A stretch of 64,000 nt of DNA, taken from Candidatus Palauibacter poriticola. GTDB taxonomy: Bacteria > Gemmatimonadota > Gemmatimonadetes > Palauibacterales > Palauibacteraceae. Position numbers and translations under genes: made by a program. The notes beneath the pieces are model-generated. The model was given only the letters and a program-made list of their open reading frames with translations, was not told the origin of the DNA and searched no databases. The DNA is taken from assembly GCA_012270965.1 (NCBI GenBank), contig JAAXHJ010000055.1, positions 15,345-79,344 on the forward strand. Reading direction: 5' to 3'. Shown here in pieces: positions 20,445 through 28,405 of this stretch (position 1 is its first letter; each line of letters begins with the position of its first letter).

Positions 20445-21401
20445 TCAGCCGGCTTCGGGGAGCTGGCTGACGAACTCGATCATGCGCTGCTGCTGGTCCT
20501 CATTGGGGAGGCGGCCCATGCCGCCGCCGAGGTTGTCCACCATGTGTTCCGGGCGGCTCGTGGCCGGCGTCACGACCGTCACGGCGGGGTGCGCGGCCGC
20601 GAACTTGATGAAGAACTGCGCCCACGAGTGGGCGTCGAACTCGCCCGCCCACTCCGGCACCTCGCGGTCGCCCACTCGCGACCACAGCCGGGAGCGGCCG
20701 AACGGGACGTAGACGAGCACACCGATCCTCCGCTCCGCCGCGAGCGGCAGGATCTCCTCGGCCGCGCTCACGTTGTCGACCGCGTAGTCGATCCCGATGA
20801 AATCGAGGGGGTAGTCCTGCATGGCTTGGATCAGCGCCGGGTACTGCCGCTTGCTCGTGCTCGTGATCCCGATGTACCGGACGCGCCCCTCCGCCTTGAG
20901 TTCCTCGAGGATCCCGACCTGTACCGGCGGATCGCCCAGGTTGTGGACCTGGATGCAGTCGATGACGGGGACGCCGAAGTACTCGAACGAACGCTCGATC
21001 TGGGCGCGCGCCGCGTCCGGATCCGCAGAGCCGCCGCCCCGCCGGGCCACGTTCACCTTCGTCGCCCAGAAGATGCGGTCGGAGATGCCGAGCCTCTGGC
21101 AGATGTCCCCCGCCACCTCCTCCGAGGTTCCGTAGCTGGGAGCCGTGTCGAAGACCGAGGCGCCGCCGTCCACCAGCGCCTGCATCACCTTCTCGAGTTG
21201 CGTCACGTCGTCGCCCCGCGCCACGCGCTGGAACGTCGCCGAACTCCCGAGCCCGACGATGGGCAGTTCCTCGCCCGTGGAGGGCACCGGCCGTGTGATC
21301 ATCTTCTGGCCCTGGAAGGCGCGTAGGATGCGGGGGTTGAGGGAGAGGGCGGCGCCCGCGGCGGCGGTGGAGCGAAGCCAGTCTCGTCGAGTGACCATCA
21401 T
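20445..21401 (-). CDS. Aldo/keto reductase with twin-arginine signal
   Basis: TRRDWL Tat motif, GLGS, FDTAPSYG, ATKV, DCIQVHN, GRVRYIGIT. Confidence 0.88.
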   Translation of the reverse strand: MMVTRRDWLRSTAAAGAALSLNPRILRAFQGQKMITRPVPSTGEELPIVGLGSSATFQRVARGDDVTQLEKVMQALVDGGASVFDTAPSYGTSEEVAGDICQRLGISDRIFWATKVNVARRGGGSADPDAARAQIERSFEYFGVPVIDCIQVHNLGDPPVQVGILEELKAEGRVRYIGITSTSKRQYPALIQAMQDYPLDFIGIDYAVDNVSAAEEILPLAAERRIGVLVYVPFGRSRLWSRVGDREVPEWAGEFDAHSWAQFFIKFAAAHPAVTVVTPATSRPEHMVDNLGGGMGRLPNEDQQQRMIEFVSQLPEAG

Positions 21402-21530
21402 CAGTTGTCCTCGTTCTGGGGTTGGACCGAGCGCATTCAGGCCGGAAAGGATCGACGATTGGGTAACACTTCACGCGGCACGACCGCTGCACCGTCGCAG
21501 GTGCCGGCTTGGATGGGGCCCGGAGGCGAG

Positions 21531-21553
21531 TTGACCATGGTCATGACCATGGT
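21531..21553 (+). promoter_or_regulatory. Putative TA promoter -35 (TTGACC) overlapped by a perfect 20-bp palindromic operator
   Basis: ACCATGGTCATGACCATGGT (21534-21553) is a perfect palindrome made of tandem TGACCATGGT units, about 50 bp upstream of the antitoxin ATG. Confidence 0.7.
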
Positions 21554-21600
21554 TCTATTGATCGTACGTTGAAGACTTCGGACAGACTCGGAGCGGACGG

Positions 21601-21882
21601 ATGACGGCAGACCACGAGGGACCCGAGGGCGTCCCCCGGACCCTAAAGGCTTCGGAATTCAAGGCGAAGTGTCTCAGGCTCATGGATGAAGTCGCCGCCA
21701 CCGGCGAGGAGATCATCATCACGAAGAACGGTCGCCCCGTGTCGAAGCTCGTGCCATGCGACGGACCGCCGGAGACCTGGTTCGGGCGGGATCGCGACAT
21801 CATCCGGATCCATGGCGACATCGTCGGGCCCATGCCAAGGGAGTGGTGGGACGATGGGGACGACGGAGACGACCTCTTTTGA
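21601..21882 (+). CDS. Phd/YefM family antitoxin
   Basis: LKASEFKAKCLRLMDEVAATGEEIIITKNGRPVSKLVP, with an acidic C-terminus. Confidence 0.9.
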   Translation: MTADHEGPEGVPRTLKASEFKAKCLRLMDEVAATGEEIIITKNGRPVSKLVPCDGPPETWFGRDRDIIRIHGDIVGPMPREWWDDGDDGDDLF

Positions 21883-22277
21883 TCCTGCTCGACACGCACG
21901 TTCTGCTATGGCTCAGAAGTGGAGACCGCCGTCTCGGGCGACGCGCGCGTCGGACCGTCGAGCAAGCGCTACCGCGGAGGCACGCCGCGGTCTCGGCTAT
22001 TTCCTTCTGGGAGGTTGCCATGCGCGTGCGCGGCGGGCGGCTCGATCTCCTTGGGGATCCGGAGACGTGGCGCCGTGACCTTCTTGCTCAAGGCCTCGTC
22101 GAACTCCCCGTGAACGGCATTATCGGCGCGCGGGCGGGGCTGCTCCCCGGCCTACCGGGCGACCCGGCCGATCGGCTGATCGTGGCAACGGCTCTCGAAG
22201 GACACCGACTGTTGACCGCCGACCGGCGCATCCTTGACTGGCCCGGCAAGCTGAGCCGGATCGACGCGAGGGAGTAG
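21879..22277 (+). CDS. vapC: VapC/PIN-domain toxin
   Basis: TTG start overlaps the antitoxin stop. ILLDTHVLLW, SAISFWEV, GDPADRLIVATA, LLTADRRI. Confidence 0.9.
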   Translation: MILLDTHVLLWLRSGDRRLGRRARRTVEQALPRRHAAVSAISFWEVAMRVRGGRLDLLGDPETWRRDLLAQGLVELPVNGIIGARAGLLPGLPGDPADRLIVATALEGHRLLTADRRILDWPGKLSRIDARE

Positions 22278-22306
22278 CGGGGATCCGCGCGGGATTCCTT
22301 CCGAGG

Positions 22307-23233
22307 TCAACCGGGGCCTGTTTCGGCTCGTCCGGCTTCGAGCGCACAAACCTCGGCCATGATGCGGTTGAACTGGGTGCCGGCATGGTGCGGAACGAGG
22401 TTGCACAGGTAGACGTGCACGCCCCCCAGACGCCGTAGCGCGGCGATCGTTTCCGCGCAGTGACGCTCCGGCGTGACCCCGGCTTCGAAGGCCGAAGCCA
22501 CCGCTTCCACCGGCACTGGGAAGAAGCGGGACAGCCGCTCCAATACCGCCCGGCGGCCGTTCCGGTAGTAGAAGATGCCGAACGAGCCGGGAATCTCGAG
22601 GCCCTCGCGCTCGGCACCCTCCAGCCAGCGCTCCGCCCGCCCCAAGTCGTGGTGGGAAACCACCTGCGTGAGGTAGTAGTCCGCCTCGAACCCCGGGGCG
22701 GTGGCGAAGCCGATCTGTTCGGCGATGGGGCGGTGCAGGTTGACCCAGCCGCCGAGCGACAGTTCCGGTGCCCGCTCCCGGAATCTCTGTCGAAGCTGAT
22801 ACCCGTGGGGTAGGCAGCGCCGGGCGCCGCGCACCTTGTCTCCACCCGTCACGGTCACGCTCTGGACCCCGCGGGCCCGGGCGCGGTCCACGTAGCGCAG
22901 GCAGTAGTCGAGGGGGTGGAGACAGGTGAGGAAGGGCACCACGCGCCAGGGTTCGACCTCGTTCGCGAGGTTGGCCGTCAAGTGCTGGAGGTTCTCCTCC
23001 TCCTCCTCGCCCACGGCGCTGTCCGTGAGCATGAGGAAGGCGTCGCGCGCCGCGAGGCCCCGAATGGCATGGGAGAGGTCGATCCACATGTCCATGGCGC
23101 CGCCGCGCGTGAGTCCGCTCCGCGGCGGCCGGAGTTCGACCGTCATAGTCGGCCTTTCCCCGCGCAGCCGCGCCACGAACCGGCTGGAGCCCGGTCCCCG
23201 GGATGTGTGCTGGGAGGGTGCCGTGTCGCTCAC
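22307..23233 (-). CDS. Divergent MTHFR-like (FAD-linked TIM-barrel) protein
   Basis: TVELRPP, LTDS, PFLTC, TGGD, YLTQ, IPGSFGI align by eye with MTHFR motifs. Start uncertain (GTG 23233 or ATG 23146). Confidence 0.6.
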   Translation of the reverse strand: MSDTAPSQHTSRGPGSSRFVARLRGERPTMTVELRPPRSGLTRGGAMDMWIDLSHAIRGLAARDAFLMLTDSAVGEEEEENLQHLTANLANEVEPWRVVPFLTCLHPLDYCLRYVDRARARGVQSVTVTGGDKVRGARRCLPHGYQLRQRFRERAPELSLGGWVNLHRPIAEQIGFATAPGFEADYYLTQVVSHHDLGRAERWLEGAEREGLEIPGSFGIFYYRNGRRAVLERLSRFFPVPVEAVASAFEAGVTPERHCAETIAALRRLGGVHVYLCNLVPHHAGTQFNRIMAEVCALEAGRAETGPG

Positions 23234-23357
23234 GCCGGAAGATCCCGCCTTGTTCGTCGCGTGGCCCCGCGCGGAGCGGGCTTCGGATCGAAGGAGGATG
23301 CGGTTCGGGGGTTCCGTTGCAAAGGCGGCGGCCGAGGGTTCCGTTTCGAGCCGCGAC

Positions 23358-23485
23358 GCGTTCCACGGGGCCGCCGGTCTTCCGCGGCGGTCCCCGACGG
23401 CGTTTCCACGGGGCCGCCGGTCTTCCGCGGACGGTCCCCGACGGGTTCCCATCGGGCGCCCGTCTTCCGCGGGCGATCCCCGACC
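23358..23485. repeat. Three tandem ~43-bp hairpin repeats between divergent genes
   Basis: GTT(T/C)CCA + CGGGG-CCGCCG-gTCTTCCG-CGGCGG-t-CCCCG. Unit 3 has a changed but still paired stem, CGCCCG/CGGGCG. Confidence 0.8.
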
Positions 23486-23516
23486 CGTTCCATGCACCGC
23501 GGCCGGAGGAGTCCGA

Positions 23517-24083
23517 ATGACGGGAGAAACGACGAACGAAACGATCATCGAGGACAGGGCACTGGCGGAGGACATCCTCGCGCTCCTCGCACGCACTCCC
23601 GGGACCGTGCGCGTGCTGCTCGAGGACCTGCCTCCCGGCCTCCTGCACGCGGACGAGGGTCAGGGGACGTTCAGCCCCTTCAGCGTCCTCGGGCATCTAG
23701 TTCAAGGTGAGATCGATGACTGGATCCCGCGGGCGCGGTGGATCCTGGAACACGGCCGCGCACGGGCGTTTCCTCCCTTTGATCGCTTCGCGCACATCGA
23801 GCGGATCCGGGGCCGCGCGCTGGATGAACTACTCACCGAGTTCGAGACGCTGCGCGAGACCGGGCTCGCGGCGCTGCGGGAAGTCGTTGAGGGCGAAACC
23901 GACCTCGACGCGGGGGGACTTCACCCGGAACTGGGCGAGGTCACGCTGCGGCAACTGCTCACCACCTGGGCCGTACACGACCTAAACCATATCGCCCAGA
24001 TCGCGCGCGTCGTCGCACACCAGTTCGAGGACGAGGTCGGTCCATGGAGGGCCTACCTCCCGATCCTCCACCACGATCAGTAG
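23517..24083 (+). CDS. DinB/YfiT family protein
   Basis: FSPFSVLGHLVQGEIDDWIPR, HPELGEVTLRQLLTTWAVHDLNHIAQI. ATG 23517 with SD GGAGGA. Confidence 0.88.
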   Translation: MTGETTNETIIEDRALAEDILALLARTPGTVRVLLEDLPPGLLHADEGQGTFSPFSVLGHLVQGEIDDWIPRARWILEHGRARAFPPFDRFAHIERIRGRALDELLTEFETLRETGLAALREVVEGETDLDAGGLHPELGEVTLRQLLTTWAVHDLNHIAQIARVVAHQFEDEVGPWRAYLPILHHDQ

Positions 24084-24084
24084 C

Positions 24085-25036
24085 GACGTCGCGCGCAGCT
24101 TCCCCCTCAATACGATTCAGATGGGGCTGCGGCGGCGGGTACGGAGCATCGAGCCCGATGCCATCGTATCGCAGCGCCTGAAGCACGCGCCGGCCACGAT
24201 CGCCAAGCTACGACGGTTCCTAGGCGTGAAGGTTGTCCCGGATACAGGATATCGCAGGTTGCCGCGGTATCGTCGGCAGCCCCCATAGTGGTTCGCGAAC
24301 TGTGGGATGCGCATCGTCACTCAAAGATGAAGCACAAGCTCATCCGGGAAGTGGATATATCCAGTGGCCCAAATTGTCCGGCTATCGTGGTATTCATCTG
24401 GTATGCCGTTATCGAAGCGGCCGGAACGAGACGTACAACGGGCTTCAGGTCGAAATCCAACTCCGTTCGAAGCTTCAACACGCGTGGGCCACTGCGGTTG
24501 AGACGGCCGGAGCCATCAAGGATCAGGCTCTGAAGTCCAGCGAAGGGAATGCGGACTGGTCGCGGTTCTTCGCACTGGCGGGATCGTGGCTGGCCATAAG
24601 GGAACGCTCTCCGATGGTTCCAGAGACTCCGTGGGACCCGGTCGCTCTCCGAGACTCGTTGGTACTGCTCGCGAACGATCTCAACGTGGTCGGCACGCTG
24701 GACGACTATCGAAGGTTTATTAGCTACGCTCCAGAGCGTCTGCCGCCACACTGTCACTATTTTCTTCTTCAACGGAGGCCCGATGAGCGATCGATGACGG
24801 TATCGGGTTTTCGGAAATCGCAACTCGCGAGGGCTGCAAGATTGTACGAAGAGAGAGAAGAGAGAATCCGAGGAATTGCTGGCGCGGAAGTCGTCCTTGT
24901 CGCCATGGATTCCGTAGCGAACTTGCGCGCGGCCTATCCGAACTACCTGTTCGATACTGACCTGTTCATTGAGGAACTTGATCTTGCGACGCGGAGGCGA
25001 GTGCACCTGCCCGGACATCCACTCCATCGGCGATAG
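24085..25036 (+). pseudogene. N-terminally truncated, frameshifted RelA/SpoT-domain toxSAS of CapRel type (fused toxin-antitoxin)
   Basis: Joined across three frames: SFPLNTIQMGLRRR..IVSQRLK..K / LSRIQDIAGCRGIVGSP / IVVRELWDAH..IREVD / YIQWPKLSGYRGIHL..VEIQLRSKLQHAWATAVE..EGNADWSRFF..EVVLVAMDSVANLRAAYPNYLFDT. Indels at about 24232 (+G), 24280-24284 (+C) and 24356 (-T). No start codon. Low GC. Confidence 0.8.
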
Positions 25037-25044
25037 CCGGCGTC

Positions 25045-26181
25045 CTATCGGCGGATACGCGGGCTGTCGGAGAGAGGTGTGGACTCACCCTTTTTGGGCC
25101 GTCGCTCAGCCTCGGCCGCGTCGACGGCGGCTCCGAGGGAGTCCGTGTAGGGCGGGCGATGGATGCCGCGTTCGGTGACGATGCCGGTCACGAGTTCCGC
25201 CGGCGTGATGTCGAACGCCGGGCTGTAGACGCCTGCGGCCTCGGGGGCGAGGAGGGGACCGAAACCGCGGCGGACCTCGTCCGCGTCGCGGTGCTCGATC
25301 GGGATGTCCGCGCCGGTGGGTGTGCCGAGGTCCACGGTGGAGGTCGGCGCGAGGACGTAGAACGGGACTCCGTGGCGTTGGGCCAGCACGGCCAGCGGGT
25401 ACGTGCCGATCTTGTTCGCGACGTCGCCGTTGGCCGCGATGCGGTCGGAACCCACGAACGCGATGTCGGGCGGGTCCGAGGCGAAGAGCGATCCGGCCAT
25501 GTTGTCGGCGAGCACGGTCACCTCGATGCCGGCGCGGGACAGCTCCCACGCGGTAAGGCGGCTCCCTTGAAGGAGGGGGCGGGTCTCGTCGGCGAAGACT
25601 CGGACCCGGCGACCGGCCTCCGCCGCCACGTAGACGGGGGCGAGGGCCGTCCCGATGCCGCCCGTGGCGAGCGACCCCGCGTTGCAATGCGTGATCACGG
25701 ATTCGCCGCCCGCAAGCAGCCCCGCCGCGTGCTCGCCGATCGCGCGGCACATGCGGCGGTCCTCCTCGTGGATGGCGTCGGCTTCCGCCGCCAGCGCCGC
25801 GGCCAGTGCTCCCGCATCCCCGGTGGCGGCATCAAGGCGGGCGCGCTGGCGACGGACCGCCCATGCGAGGTTGACCGCCGTGGGCCGGGCGTCGGCCAGC
25901 CGGTCGGCCCAGCCGGCGAACCGGTCGCGCAGACCGTCCGCCGAGACTCCCTCCGCGGCGACCTGCCGGGCCAGAGCCGCAAGACCGATGGCGGCGGTGA
26001 TCCCGATGAGCGGCGCGCCCCGCACGCGCAGGCTCCGGATCGCCTCGATGAAGTCGTCGAGGGTCGAGAGTTCCCTCTCCTCGTGGACGCCGGGAAGGAG
26101 CGTCTGGTCGAGGATCAGCGCGCTCCGCCCCCCGGGGGCCCAGCGGATCGTTTCCGGCACCGAGAACTCGCGATCGTTCAT
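25045..26181 (-). CDS. mtnA: S-methyl-5-thioribose-1-phosphate isomerase
   Basis: LDQTLLP, VRGAPLIG, RPTAVNL, THCNAGSLAT, ETRPLLQGSRLTAWEL, ANKIGTY, YSPAFDITP. Start ATG 26181. Confidence 0.93.
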   Translation of the reverse strand: MNDREFSVPETIRWAPGGRSALILDQTLLPGVHEERELSTLDDFIEAIRSLRVRGAPLIGITAAIGLAALARQVAAEGVSADGLRDRFAGWADRLADARPTAVNLAWAVRRQRARLDAATGDAGALAAALAAEADAIHEEDRRMCRAIGEHAAGLLAGGESVITHCNAGSLATGGIGTALAPVYVAAEAGRRVRVFADETRPLLQGSRLTAWELSRAGIEVTVLADNMAGSLFASDPPDIAFVGSDRIAANGDVANKIGTYPLAVLAQRHGVPFYVLAPTSTVDLGTPTGADIPIEHRDADEVRRGFGPLLAPEAAGVYSPAFDITPAELVTGIVTERGIHRPPYTDSLGAAVDAAEAERRPKKGESTPLSDSPRIRR

Positions 26182-26269
26182 GCGGCGCAACCTATCCGGC
26201 GGCGGGAAAGGCGCTACCTTGACTGTCGCGGGACGTCCCCCAGAGATCGAATGCTGTCCAGGAGGAACC

Positions 26270-28405
26270 ATGACGCCGTCACGAGAACACAGGGTCGCCG
26301 GCTCCGCGGTCGCTTGCCGGGTGCCGGCCGCCGCGCTCGCAGTCGCTTGCCGGGTGGTCGGCGCCGCGCTCGCGCTCGCCATCGTCGCCCCGGCCGCACC
26401 GCTTGCCGGGCAGGAGCGGGATCCGAACCACTTCGGCCCCGCCGACGTGTTCGAACTTGAACTCGCCGGCGATCCCCGGATCTCGCCCGATGGTTCTCGG
26501 GTCGTCTACGTGCGGTCCTCGATGGACATCATGACGGACCGTCAGCGAAGCAACCTGTGGACCGTCGATTACGACGGCTCGAACCACCGTCCGCTCCTCA
26601 CGGGACAGACCAACTTCTCGTCTCCGCGCTGGTCGCCGGACGGCACGCGGCTCCTCTACGTCGCGAGCGACGAACACGGGAAGTCGCAGCTCTACCTGCG
26701 CTGGATGGACACCGGACAGACGGCCCTGCTCACGCAGCTCGAGCGAGGCCCGGGCGGGCTCTCGTGGTCCCCCGACGGGAGCATGATCGCCTTCAGCATG
26801 TTCGTCCCGGAGACGCCACAGCCCTTCGCACGGATGCCGGCGAAGCCGGAAGGCGCGACGTGGGCGCCCCCCGCCACGACGTACGAACGGCTCTACTACC
26901 GCTCGGACAGCCAGGGCTTCCTGCCGGTCGGCTACTCCCACGTCTTCGTCCTCCCCGCCGAGGGAGGGACGCCGCGCCAGGTCACGCACGGCCCCTACCA
27001 CCACGGCGGGACGCCCGAGTGGACGCCCGACTCGCAGCACCTCCTGATCTCGGCCACGCGCCGCGACGACTGGGAGTACGTGCGCGACTCCGAGATCTTC
27101 GAGTTCTCCGTGGCCGATGGCGCCTTGCGGCAACTGACCGACCGGCGCGGTCCCGACTCGAGTCCGACGGTGTCACCCGACGGCGGCATGATCGCCTACA
27201 CCGGCTACGACGACCGCTTCCTCGGGCATCAGGTGTCGAAGCTCTACGTCATGAACCGGGACGGGTCCGGCTCGCGCCTCATCGCCGACGACCTCGACCG
27301 TTCCATCGGCAACCTGCACTGGGCGAGCGACGGGGCGGGGCTGTTCTTCCAGTACGACACCGAGGGGAACACGCGACTGGCCCATGTCGATCTCGACGGG
27401 ACCCTGACGGACATCGTCTCCAGCGTCCAGGGATTGTCGATCGGTCGTCCATACGGCGGCGGCACCTTCTCCACCTCCGGAAACGACAGGTTCGCCTACA
27501 CCTACGGGACGCCGGACCACCCCGCGGATCTTGCGGTGACGGATCGCGGCGGGGACTGGCGGCGCCTCACGCAACTGAACGAGGACCTCTTCGCGCAGAA
27601 GGCGATCGGGGAGACGGAGGAGGTCTGGTACAAGTCCTCGCACGACGGGCTCGACATCCAGGGTTGGATCGTGAAGCCGCCGGACTTCGATCCGAGCCGC
27701 AAGTACCCGCTCCTGCTCGAGATCCACGGCGGTCCGTTCGCCAACTACGGGGACCGCTTCAGCGCCGAGGTCCAGCTCTATGCAACGGCGGGCTACGTCG
27801 TCCTCTACACGAACCCGCGCGGCAGCACGAGCTACGGCGAGGACTTCGGGAACGAGATCCACCACGCCTATCCCAGCCACGACTTCGACGATCTCATCTC
27901 GGGCGTCGACGAGGTCATTTCGCGCGGGTACATCGACGAAGACCAGCTGTTCGTGACCGGCGGGTCCGGCGGCGGCGTGCTGACGGCGTGGATCGTGACC
28001 CACTCGGACCGCTTCGCCGCGGCCGCGTCGCAGAAGCCGGTCATCAACTGGTACAGCTGGGTGCTGACGGCGGACATGGGCGGCACGGGGGGGATGAACT
28101 ACTGGTTCCCGGGCGCGCCGTGGGACCACCTCGAGCACTACATGGAGCGCTCGCCCATCCACCACATCGAGAACGTGACGACCCCGACGATGCTCATCAC
28201 GGGCGAGGTGGATTGGCGGACCCCGATGTCGGAGTCCGAGCAGTTCTATCAGGCGCTGCGGGTCCGGAAGGTGCCTTCGGTCCTCGTTCGCATCCCGGAG
28301 GCGAACCACAGCATCGGCGCCCGTCCGAGCGGCCTGATCAGCAAGGTGCAGCACATCCTCGCTTGGTTCGAGCGCTACCGGAAGAGCGGGACGACGACGC
28401 AGTGA
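26270..28405 (+). CDS. S9 family (acylaminoacyl/dipeptidyl) peptidase, secreted
   Basis: SD AGGAGG. PD40 repeats SSPRWSPDG; EIHGGP, NPRGSTSYG, nucleophile GGSGGG, D-W-R-T-P and ANH triad. The signal peptide has a 33-bp duplication (26309-26374). Confidence 0.92.
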   Translation: MTPSREHRVAGSAVACRVPAAALAVACRVVGAALALAIVAPAAPLAGQERDPNHFGPADVFELELAGDPRISPDGSRVVYVRSSMDIMTDRQRSNLWTVDYDGSNHRPLLTGQTNFSSPRWSPDGTRLLYVASDEHGKSQLYLRWMDTGQTALLTQLERGPGGLSWSPDGSMIAFSMFVPETPQPFARMPAKPEGATWAPPATTYERLYYRSDSQGFLPVGYSHVFVLPAEGGTPRQVTHGPYHHGGTPEWTPDSQHLLISATRRDDWEYVRDSEIFEFSVADGALRQLTDRRGPDSSPTVSPDGGMIAYTGYDDRFLGHQVSKLYVMNRDGSGSRLIADDLDRSIGNLHWASDGAGLFFQYDTEGNTRLAHVDLDGTLTDIVSSVQGLSIGRPYGGGTFSTSGNDRFAYTYGTPDHPADLAVTDRGGDWRRLTQLNEDLFAQKAIGETEEVWYKSSHDGLDIQGWIVKPPDFDPSRKYPLLLEIHGGPFANYGDRFSAEVQLYATAGYVVLYTNPRGSTSYGEDFGNEIHHAYPSHDFDDLISGVDEVISRGYIDEDQLFVTGGSGGGVLTAWIVTHSDRFAAAASQKPVINWYSWVLTADMGGTGGMNYWFPGAPWDHLEHYMERSPIHHIENVTTPTMLITGEVDWRTPMSESEQFYQALRVRKVPSVLVRIPEANHSIGARPSGLISKVQHILAWFERYRKSGTTTQ

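Noticed and set aside
23358-23485. CRISPR array
   Set aside because: The repeats abut with no unique spacers, and there are no cas genes.
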